Shown here piece after piece: positions 53,471-64,000 of a DNA stretch of 64,000 bases. The DNA is from Lama guanicoe. Lineage: Eukaryota. How positions within the stretch are numbered: position 1 is the stretch's first letter; each line of letters starts with the position of its first letter. The notes beneath the pieces were generated by a model. The model searched no databases and was not told the DNA's origin. It worked only from the letters and a program-made list of their open reading frames with translations. The DNA is taken from the NCBI GenBank assembly GCA_013239625.1, contig MU053792.1, positions 594,941 to 658,940 on the forward strand. The letters are read 5' to 3'. The translations under genes were made by a program, and so were the position numbers.

Positions 53471-54117
53471 ATAAACAACTTATTTTATTGGAATTTGGTA
53501 CTTCTATATATAATTTCTATTCAAGTATGCACTTTTAAAATATTATGGTATATGTATTTCAAAGCCTGGGAGCAAGCTCTTTTTAAGCCAGGAGTTGGGC
53601 CACCAATAATAAGGAAAAAGTTCTCTATGAGTAGCTGTAGAGGTCATGTAGGGGCCCAATTATGTAGATGCTCTAAGCTAAATCTTTTTCAGCATTGATT
53701 ATGTTTCCCTTCTCACCTAGAACTTTAATGGGCTTTTTACCCGTTAGCTTGACTGTTAGTGAGTAAGCATTTCAGAAGATTAAAGAGAGTGGTAAGGGTT
53801 GAAAATTGCTCTCCCTTGTCTTATTCACTCTAATTCCATATTTAATTGGGGAAGCTAATGCTTTTCTGTTTAAGTTTTCTATTCATAATTGTAGCCTCAT
53901 GAATGCAATATGGTTTATGACATTTCACATAAGCCCACACTGAATTTGTATTCTGTTTGTTTAAGTACCACTTATAACCTGTTGCTGAACAAATAAGCTC
54001 TATGTTTAGCATCCAAAATTCACCTCTGAATTTCAGCTTTTGAAACTGATTCCTGAGTGTTTTTCCACAGAAGCTACTCATTGAAATCGCCATTCAGATC
54101 ACTCTAGTGAAGCACAT

Positions 54118-54532
54118 TTATAACAACGTGGAGGGACTTGGAGGGTATTATGCTTAGTGAAATAAATCAGAGAAAGACAAATACTGTATGATATCACTTA
54201 TATGTAGAATCTAAAAAAACTTTTTTAAACAATGAATAAAACAAAAAAGAAGCAGAATCACCGATATAGAGAACAAATTAGTGGTTACTAGGGTGGAGAG
54301 GGAAGGGGGAGGCACAAGACAGGAGTAAGGGATTAATAGGTATAAACTATGATGTGTAACATAAATATGCTACAAGAGTATACTGTACAGTTATATTGGA
54401 ATATAGCCAATATTTCATAATAACTATCAATGGAGTATATAACCTTTAAAAATTGTGAATCACCATGTTGTACACCTTAAACTTATATAATATTGTTAAT
54501 CAACTACACCTCAACAAAAAGAAAAAAAAAAA
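54118..54532 (+). mobile_element. L1 3' end, 5'-truncated, with poly(A)
   Basis: gacttggagggtattatgcttagtgaaataa...caaatactgtatgatatcactta; A-tail; flanking direct repeats. Confidence 0.92.
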
Positions 54533-54865
54533 GAAAGCGCTGTTTAGACTGCTGTAGTGAAGCACATGAAAAATTTATGACTAGATGAGACTCTAAATAA
54601 GACACTGTAGATAATTTTTTTAAATACCTTTAAGCTAAAATCTTATTATTTGCAGAGATAAATAAAATAAAGCTAATACTTACTCATAAAAAATAGGATG
54701 TGAGTTTTGGGGGATCGAGGAGATAAGTGAGGAAAGGATTGTAGTTAATTTTCCCACTTGAAGAGATTTCAACCCTGAATGATCAGAATGTCTTGGAAAT
54801 ATTTTTTAACAAAAAGAAAAAGACAAGATTTGGAGATTCCATTAAAGATACTCTGATTTACTGGA

Positions 54866-55288
54866 TGCATTTGTCAAGGTTCTCTGGAAAAATAGAACCA
54901 ATAGAATGTGTATTTATATATGTGGAAAGAGATTTATTTTAAGGAATTGGTTCACATGATTATGAAAGCTGGCAAATCCAAAATCTGCAGGGTGTGTTGG
55001 GAAGCTGGAGACCCAGGGAAGAGCAATGTTGTAGTTCAAGTTCAAAGACCGTCTTCTGGTGAAATTTCTTCTTGATGGAGGAAGATCAGTTTTTGCTCTA
55101 TTAAGGCCTCAACTGATTGGATGAGGCCCCCTCATACACAGCAGAGGCCATCTGCTTTACTCAAAGTCCACTGATTTAAAGGTTAATCTCATTCAAAAAA
55201 ACACTCACAAGAACAACCAGAATAATGTTTGATCCAATATCTGGGCACCAAGGCTCAGCCAAGTTGACATATAAAATTAATGACTACA
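54866..55288 (-). mobile_element. ERVL LTR (MLT2-type)
   Basis: ggttctctggaaaaatagaaccaatag...gaattggttcacatgattatg...gccaagttgacatataaaattaatgactaca. Confidence 0.88.
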
Positions 55289-55800
55289 AATCTACTCCAT
55301 GTCAATTTGGCACCTATAATGCATCTCCTACACCATACTTAATCTCTGAATAAAGACAATAACAAGCTCATAAATGTGCCTAACATGATAACTATCCTGC
55401 ATACAACTGAAAACAGCTAGTCCTTTTCCAAGAAAAGGCTGCAAAGTCCTTGAGTGATGTAACCCTTCCCCTTGCCATGCTATTACTTAAATATTATGAT
55501 GTAAAGTTAGCAGTACTTGAAAACTATGATATAAAGTGAATGTGTCTTATGTTACATGAGAAGAGGATAAGAGAGGACAGAAAACAAATACACAGATATG
55601 TATGTGTGTACATATATAAACATATCCATAACAAAATAAAGAAAATACTCATGACAATTACAGTTCTGGTTTCTATAACTGGTCATGTGGTCACAGCTGG
55701 GATTTTACTTCAGCAAGCATCTCAGCTGGTCATGGTTCATTGCCTGGTGGGGAGATCCAAACCTTCATTCCCGAGACATTGCTATTTGGATGTTGTGTGA
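55289..55800 (-). mobile_element. ERVL internal sequence adjoining the 3' LTR
   Basis: Contiguous with the LTR; tctactccatgtcaatttggcacc is PPT-region-like; ctataactggtcatgtggtcacagctgg typical of ERVL-int. Confidence 0.65.
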
Positions 55801-55882
55801 TACACCCATTCAGGATTTTTAGGAGCCTTTAACTGAAGGCAAATTTCTTTTTGACTTTCTTAAGTTCTGTTTCCAAAATATT

Positions 55883-55906
55883 AAAAAAAAAAAAAAAAAA
55901 AAAAAA
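55883..55906 (+). repeat. Poly(A) run
   Basis: About 24 consecutive A. Confidence 0.9.
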
Positions 55907-57724
55907 GAAATATGATTAATGGTAAAAAAAAAAAAAACCTGCAAATAGACTGGACTATTCTATCCCTCATTTTCCCCCAGGTCAGAATCCCTTAGTGGCA
56001 ACAAACAAGATATTTCTTTGAAATCTACAGTTATAGCAACAAAACACATGCAAAATGACTATTTAACTCCACCAAATTTTATTTGCTTTACAAAATAGTT
56101 CTTTTCAATTACGTTCTACCCAATAAACTGAGGACTTCAAGGATCATATATTGCTCTTTTCATTTCACAATTTTAATAACTCTGGTCTCACTGGAGACCA
56201 GTATAAGCAATGTGTTCAGAAGGCAGTATTTCGAGTCTGTCTACTTAGCAGTGGGATTTAAAGAGACAGCAAACAATGCACTTCTTGGATAGAGATATGG
56301 TCAACCCTGCTCTTACTCACAGTTCTAGCCATGGCCATTACTTAATCCTGTGCACAGAAAGCTGTCATGATCAGATTTTTGCTGTTTCAGACTCTCATTT
56401 TAACCGAGCACTGTAGTTGGCTCAGATGATTAGCTAAGCAACTACAGAATTTAGAGAAGAGCAGAGCTTGGAACCCCCACACTAATTTCTAGGAAATTAT
56501 AGCCGACGTTGTAATAATAAATGATTGGACAGTGATGGTAGTTGTCTTTAGCAAAAACCATGTGCTTGAACTGATGCCACATACTCGGTGTAAGGAATGA
56601 CAAAATCTTCATGTATCATGTAAAAATATCCTGTAAGCTATCCATTGCTTTTGATAGGTCAAATCCTACTCAGAGGGAAAAACATCTATGATATTAATGG
56701 TATCTTTGAAAGACATAATCCATTTCTAATAATGGTGGGTCTTAGTTTTTCTACTCCTAGAGCTCTAAGGAAATAAATTGACCAACTAAAGCTAAAAGAG
56801 TTAAGATGGAGTGTAAGTATGAGAAATCTAAAAATCCATGTTTATTTCTCTGTGTATATTAAATATATATATATTAATTTTTCAGTCATTTCATTCCATG
56901 ATATTTAATAACAATTATATTTTAAGTTTGTATGGCACTTGATATTTTGCAAATGAATCATTGTAAATGATGGCCCCCAAAATAATATATTAATATTAAT
57001 TATTTCATTAATTATTTTTTCTTTGCTTGTACCCAGAATTAATCTGAAGCAACAAATAACTAGTATCTTTGGCACTTTTAAAAATCTGCATTTTGATTGG
57101 AAAATGTGTGATAATAGAGAACAATTATATGAAGATTATATTGGCTTAGAGTGACTACACTCTTAAAAGGAAACTTAGGTGATTTTCTTTTCTGAGGAAA
57201 AACAGGGTAAATAATAGGACACAGGGAAAAAGTTGGTCTTCCTTAATCTTACTTCAGCAATGAAGGAAAAGAATTTGGCTTACATAAACTGTGTCTGTTC
57301 TAATGATGGGCACTTTGGACATGGCATTAGCTTTTTTGGAATTGTTAATATTGCTTATGCATAAAAATACGCAAAAAATTGATGCATCAGTATTTCTTAC
57401 TACACTAGAAAATAGTACATTGACTGTTGTTCTCATAAGGAAAGTGTACTTCAAAAAAATCTTTTCTCTTACTTTTCATTATACAGATTACTGTTAAGTA
57501 ATGGTTTGTTTCTGTAAGTCATATAAAGAGTTGGAGTCTTGAACAACCATTTGCCCCAATTCTTCTTTTGGATGTAAATAATATGACTGATCTCCTAGCT
57601 AAGAAACAACAATATTCCTGGTATGTCTGGGTCACAGCATTCATGATTAGGTAACGTATCTATTTATTGATTACCTGCCACCAAGATTCCTTTGAGTCTG
57701 TGGTTTTGTCACCGTAACTGTAGA

Positions 57725-57865
57725 TGGGAGGTAGGGAGAGAGAGAGAGAAAAAAGAGAGAGAAGGAGAAAAGGAAAGAAAGAAAGGAGGAAGGTGGAAAG
57801 GAGGGAGACTATGAGGGAGGGAGGGAGGGAAGGAGAGAGAAAGGAAGAAAGAAAAATTAAAGAGG
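57725..57865 (+). repeat. Polypurine low-complexity tract
   Basis: Almost pure G/A (GGAG/GAAA units). Confidence 0.85.
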
Positions 57866-59368
57866 GGGTTCCCCTATTCACACATCCAGGATGCTGAAAT
57901 ATGCCCACTGGCTACAGACTGTCTATCTTTAGAAATAAATGTGACTTCCTTAAAGTGAGGTTCTCAGCCAAAGCTCTAATGTTAAATAAAATATAAACTT
58001 AAAAAATATTTGTTTTCAAATTTACCAGACTTAGCCCCTGGTTTGAAGTCACTGCAAAATTGGCTCTGTGACACCATGGCATATGTACGTTGAATCATAT
58101 GGGCTTGCCATTTTAGAGGTCAAAACTGGCAAATATCATCACTTTGATATAATTCAACCTCACTGAAGTGTGTAGTAACTATAGGGCATACAAAGACAAT
58201 ATAAGATATGTTGGTCTGTTAATAGTTCTTAATTGTATAAGAGAGAAGTCATGTATGAACAAGTATGATTTATATATGATCAGAAAGGTTTTCAAGTGGA
58301 TTAGATTGGATTGAGAATGGAGGTAGGATGAAAGACATTCTAAGAGAAGAGAAAGACCAACAAATATATGAAGGTGGAAAAATATAGGGTGTGCTGGGAG
58401 AGTTATAAAGGAAAAAGCAGCCTACTGTGGATTGCACATGAAAGAAGAGAGAGAGGCAAAAATCTAAAGGGAACAGTGGCCTGATTGTGAAGATCTTTGA
58501 CAGTTACGTGAAGAATATTGAAATCTAGTATACAATAGAAAAATAATAAAGGCATTTCATTCAGAAAAGTCACATAAGCTGTCCTGAACTTTTAAGATGA
58601 ATAAGGCAATGGTGTGCACGTTAAGACAAAAAAGGAGCAGAAGACGCTCAAAGCTGAGAAATAAAATTGCAAATATTGTAACAATAATATTCTGGCAATA
58701 AAGCTAGAAGGAAGTTGGCAGAAGAAATGAAAAAATAAAAGAGGGATTTGAGAAGTATTGAGATGAGTCCCTCTACATTTGTTACTCTCCTCTATGGACA
58801 AGGTTAAATACTATGAAATATCTAGATTTCGTCCCCAGGGATCTTAGAGTTTAGGGAAGACGGTAACAATTGTAAGTCAGTGTCTATTATTAGTGTTATT
58901 AAATGGCTCGGTCCTCCTACATGCCAGGCTGCTCCAGGTGCACTGCATCTAGAAGGCAGAAAGTAATATTACTGGAGAGACATAGTGCTAGGGGAACTCC
59001 TCCTGGGGAAAAAGACAAGAGAAACATTGTGAAGAAGGGGGAATAGTACTTGCACCTTCAAGTATTTGTAAACCTTGGACACATCAAGATGACTTGTCAG
59101 TTAATTCAATACGGGGGAGTTAGCAATTAACGAAGAAGAATCAATGATAACTCGTTTCCAAATCTGAATGGCAGTGCTTTCTGGGGAATTAAAGATGATC
59201 CTGAAGGGCGAGAAAGTTCTCAGGGGAATAATAATGATTTCTGTTATAGCTCGGCTGAAGGTGAGCGATGCCAGGGCAAGTGCAGGGTTGTGAGTGTTGA
59301 GAGGGTTAAGAGTTAGGCAGGAGACACTAGATGTGCCAAGACATTCCTAAAACCTAGATACTCAATAT

Positions 59369-59890
59369 TGTTACTGAGTCCAAACTCGTTCTGCTCGCCA
59401 CAGGACAGGCCAATAAATTGGGGGATAAGGTGTTGGGGCAAGGAAAAGTGACTTTATTTGGAAAGTCAGCAGACCGAGAGGATGGCAGACTAAGGTCTTG
59501 GAGAACAATCTTACTCAAGTCAGAATTCAGGCTACTTTTATAGTAAAAGGGGGACAGGGTGTGGTTGGTTGTTGCAAACTTCTTTGGTATAGGAATTCCT
59601 TGTTCTTGTAGCTGTCCATGTGGGTCAGGTCATGGTGCCCTTGTAAATCTCTGACAAAACAAACGTTAGTTTCTATTCTGCAACTTCTCATCTTTATGTG
59701 AGTGCAGAAGTGTTAACATCCTTAAAGGTCAGAGCCTTGAGAACAGGCTCTCCTGTATATTTCAGGCTCTAGGCAACATTGTTTTCCAAAAGGTGCAGAA
59801 CCAGCAAGACTAAGCCTAGAAAACAGGGCACAGGGTTAAAGCCAAAGAAACAGGTCTAATACGGAGTCAGAGTTGTTCCTTCCTGTTACA
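59369..59890 (-). mobile_element. ERV1 solo LTR (MER41-like), 522 bp
   Basis: tgttac...gttaca termini; perfect 4-bp TSD atat (59365-59368 and 59891-59894); minus-strand AATAAA at about 59454-59459. Confidence 0.88.
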
Positions 59891-60319
59891 ATATCACTAT
59901 AACACATCATTTTCCCCTTAAAATGCAATAATGTATGGCTGATCCTTAATGTTTCTACATATGTTTATAAAATCATCTTTATCAATTTTTTAGTTCTCTT
60001 CATTTTTCTTCATTTTCATCACTTGCACCAATAGATACATTTGTTTTTAAGGAAATGGAGTTTTTAATCACCATTAAAGAATAGATGCATATGCAGCACT
60101 AAGCAGAGAATAAGAAACTGTGGCCTCATGAAGAAATTAGGTAGTTCCCTTAGGTTTACTTCTACCCCAAATCAGCCTCAGTCAGTCTGTCTCTGTCTCT
60201 GTCTCTCTCTCTCAGATCTGGCAACTGACATAGTTCACATTTCAGGGTCTTAGAAAAGAGGAATGAGAAAAATGCGATGAAAATAAGGTGGAATATGAAA
60301 CAAATCCATACTCTCAACA

Positions 60320-60720
60320 CTATATGTTAACTACCAATATGCAACAGAGTCGTGTTAAGTGCTAGAGCTACAATGGTTTATGAAATAGAGAGTCACATTC
60401 TCATGCTGCTTACCATTTATTCACCACTTCTACAACACAGCTGCATTGCACACACCTGCTATGAGAAGGAGATTCTGTTAGCAGAGAGATGGATAGTAAT
60501 ATACAGCTAATAACATCATTCATGAGATGGTGGTGCTAGAAAGAATCAGGAGGGTCTGACTTAGTCGAGGTGATCAGGGAAGGCATTTGCAATGAGGGAA
60601 CATACAATCTGACAATGGAAGAATGACTTGTCCAGTAGATTAATTGTGGGAAGAATATTCTAGACAGATGAACAGCAAGTGTGAGAGAGAGAATTAGGGA
60701 AGGTGACAGAAGATAAAAGC
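60320..60720 (-). mobile_element. L2 fragments
   Basis: ctaccaatatgc...gttaagtgctagag; gatcagggaaggc...gggaagaatattctagacag. Confidence 0.55.
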
Positions 60721-61170
60721 TGATATTTTCTGTTATAAAAGGCATTGAATAAAAGATAACATTATTTGCTTTCTAAATTAATACATGAATTTTATGATGA
60801 AGTGGTTTAATTATTCATGACCCTGTTTATTTGGAGGGGACACAAAGGAGAGGTTTGTTTAAATTGGAGATATTGTAAGTGGGCAAAAAGAGGAATATAT
60901 TAGATCAGGGGACAAAACTGCTGTCATTTAAGAAACAAGAAAAATTGGCTCTCTCCAAACCCTTGCCTGCTCTCCAATGCCAAAATTTAAGGTGTTCTGC
61001 CCTACTGAGACGCACACTGTGAGTTGTATACATCCTTCCTGACCCTTTTTGTGACCCACAGCTTATATCTCAGTTCTACTGTAAAACCACCCAATTGTGA
61101 ATTAACCTGAATTTTGATAAATTATAGCCTGGTTGTATACTTCTGTAAACAAACCTCTAAAATTCTCAGA

Positions 61171-63229
61171 CTCTTTAATCTGTTTTGAGTTTATTTTTGT
61201 GTGTAGTGTCACAAAATGTTCTAATTTCACTTGTTTACATGTAGCTGTCCAGTGTTCCCAGCACCACTTATTGAAGAGATGGTTTTCTCTCCATTGTATA
61301 TACTTGCTTCCTTTGTTTTGGATTAATTGACCATAAATGTGTGGATTTATTTCTGGGCTCTCTATCCTGTTCCAATTATTTATGTGTCTGTTTTTGTGCC
61401 AGTACCATACTGTTTTGATTACTGTAGCTTTGTAGTATACTTGGAAGTCAGGGAGAAATATCCCTCCAGCTCTGCTATTCTTTTTCAAGATTTCTTTGGC
61501 TATTCAGGATCTTTTGTTTCTCTACAAAATTTTAAATTATTTGTTCCAGTTCTGTGAAAAATGCCATTTATATTTTGATAGGGATTGCATTAAATCTGCA
61601 CATTGCCTTGAGTAGTATGGTCATCTTAACAACACTGATTCTTCCAATCCAAGAACAAAGTATATCTACCCATCTGTTTGTGCCATCTTCTGTTTCTTTC
61701 ATCAATGTCTTATGGTTTTTGGAGTACAGGTCTTTTGCCTTCCAGGTATTTTATTACTTTTGATGTGATGGTAACTAGGATTATTTCCTTAGTTTCCCTT
61801 TCTGGTAGTTCACTGTTACTGCATAGCAATGTAAGAGATTTCTGAATATTAATTTTCTATCCTGCAACTTTACAGAATTCATTGATGGGCTCTAGTAGTT
61901 TTCTGGTTGTATCTTTAGGATTTTCCATGTATAATATCATGTCATCTGCAAATAGTGACAGTTGTACTTCTTCCTTTCCAATTTGGATTCCTTTCATTAA
62001 CCTAAATTTAAGACCAGATACTATTAAACTCCTTGAGGAAAACATAAGCAGAACACTCTTTACATAAATCACAGCACTATTTTTTTTGGATCCATCTCCT
62101 AAAGTAAAGGGAATAAAAGCAAAAATAAACAAATGGGAACTCCTTAAACTTAAAAGCTTTTACATAGCAAAAACCATCAACAAAATGAAAAGATAACCTA
62201 CTGAATGTGAGAAAATATTTGCAAATAGTATTACTAGTAAAGGATTCATATCCAACATATATAAATAGCTCATCCAACTCAACATAAAAAAACCAAACAA
62301 CTCGATTGAGAAATGGGCAAAAGAACTGAATAGACATTTTTTCCAAAGAGGAAATGCAGGTGGCCAACTGGCATATGAAAAGATGCTCAACATCACTAAT
62401 TATCAGGGAACTGCAAATCAACACCACAGTGAGACGTCACCTCACATCTGTCAGAATGGCTACCATCAAACACAAATACCAAATGTTGATGAGAATGTGG
62501 AGTAAAGGGAGCCCTTGAACACTGGTGGTGGGAAGGTGGACTGATGAGGCCACTGTGGAAACCAGGGTGGGAAGTTTCTTAAAATTTTAAAAATAGAACT
62601 ACCATATGAGCCAGCGGTTCCACTTGTGGGTATATATCAGGAAAAAACAAAAACACTAATTTGAAAAGATACATGCACCTCAGTGTTCATAGTGGCATTA
62701 CATACAATAGCCGATAAATGGAAGCAACCTAAGTGTCCATCAACAGATGAATAGATAAAGAAGATGTGGTATGTATATATGTGTGTATGTATGTGGCTCA
62801 CATACATATACACTCACACAATGAAATACTACTCAGCCATAAAAGACAATGAAATTTTGCATTTACAGCAACATGGATGGACTTGGAGGGCGTTATACTG
62901 AGAGAAATAAATTAGATGGCAAAAGACAAATACTATATGATATCACTTATATGTGGCATCTAAAAAATACAACAAACTAGTGAATATAATAAAAAAGAAG
63001 CAGACTCACAGATTTAGAGAACAACGTGGTGGTTACCTCTGGGGGAGAGGGAAGGAGAGGCAATATGAAGGTGGAGGAATGGCAGGTACAAACCACTGTA
63101 GTAAGATAGGCTCAAGGATGTATTTTACAACATGAGGAATGTAGCCAATATTTTGTAATAACTGTAAATGGAAAGTAACCTTTCAAATTGTACAAAAAAT
63201 AGAAATATAAAAAATATTTAAAATATTAT
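61171..63229 (+). mobile_element. 5'-inverted (twin-primed) L1: inverted part 61171-61998, sense part about 62000-63229
   Basis: ORF2 peptides on opposite strands ([17 protein letters not shown] on minus; [15 protein letters not shown] on plus); TSD attctcaga 61162-61170 and 63230-63238. Confidence 0.92.
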
Positions 63230-63884
63230 ATTCTCAGAATCATGTTTATTTTTAAGCAGATTTAAAATTATATTGCCAAACTATTGCCCTATAATTTAGA
63301 GAAGTAAAATCAATACCAAAAGATTGCCACCTTCAAGAGCAAGGTTTTTCAAGACATCAAATAGAATATTTAGTTTCTAATTAAAAGTAGTGGTCTAGTT
63401 CGGCTTCATTACAATTTTCTCTCTCTCTTCTTTACCTCAGTGTCAGCAGAGTCATGTGAAAGAATCCCTCTCATTCAGTCAACCCAGAATTTTGTGCTTC
63501 AGAGTCCAGCCTCTGGAGCATCTAGCTTTTGTAGAGCAGGACCTCAGGAGGTTGTGACCTGCAGTTACCAGCACGATTATTTCTTAACTTTGAAGCTTAG
63601 TCCGTCTTCGCTGAAGAGCCATCAAGTTCCCGCCGGCAGCTTCTGGGCTACAAGTTTTTAATTAGTGCTTATCGTCACACCTTAGCTAACCCCCTTATCT
63701 AGAACAGCTTTCTGCTACCCCGGCAGAAGAATCATTTCACTTGGTTTTTCCCTGGCACCTATTTTTCTGTCTTTTTTCCTTCAGAGTCAGAAAGAGAGAG
63801 CAGAAGTATGAGAGAAAATAAATGTAATGTTTCCTTCCCTCTTGATCTCATGATTTTACTGCCCTTTTAAAAAGGGAGTATTGA

Positions 63885-64000
63885 GGGGAGGGTATAGCTC
63901 AGTGGGAGAGCACATGCTTAGCGTGCAGGAGGTCCTGGGTTCAATCCCCAGTCCCTCCATTGAAATAAATAAGTAAATAAATAAACCTAATTACCTCCCT
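63885..64000 (+). mobile_element. tRNA-derived SINE (vic-1-like), cut by window end
   Basis: ggggagggtatagctcagtgg A box, gggttcaatcccc B box, then an AT-rich tail. Confidence 0.92.

Noticed and set aside
55883..55937. Poly(A) runs as the tail of a processed pseudogene
   Set aside because: No recognisable mRNA body or TSD
63885..63960. tRNA gene
   Set aside because: tRNA-like head runs into an AT-rich SINE tail, and a homologous TSD-flanked copy lies at 16526-16637
1..64000. Inferring host-gene strand from repeat orientation
   Set aside because: The clearer L1s lean minus (about 6 versus 3) but LTRs are mixed, and splice candidates occur on both strands; too few elements to decide

Overview
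AT-rich, CpG-depleted mammalian genomic DNA, intronic or intergenic in character. Two tRNA-derived SINEs of the vic-1 type point to a camelid (alpaca/llama/camel); this is inference. I can support no intact protein-coding gene, RNA gene, CRISPR array or prokaryotic system, and the listed ORFs are either LINE relics or chance ORFs. A large part of the window is interspersed repeat. It includes a near-full-length, internally deleted L1 (13.3-19.1 kb), several 5'-truncated L1s (some with visible target-site duplications, TSDs), a twin-primed L1 inversion, solo LTRs of ERV1, ERVL and MaLR type, MER47/Tigger5 and MER5 DNA transposons, and old L2 and MIR fragments. The most notable observations are: (1) an L1 whose normal 3' end is replaced by about 290 bp of other polyadenylated sequence inside one TSD pair; (2) a nested AT-rich palindrome at 2668-2773; (3) a candidate recursive splice site and candidate microexons on the minus strand; (4) an apparent 35-bp TSD; (5) an orphan L1 endonuclease fragment. 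Repeat subfamily names come from recalled consensus similarity, not a database search, and boundaries of old repeats are approximate. I found no demonstrable new biological system.
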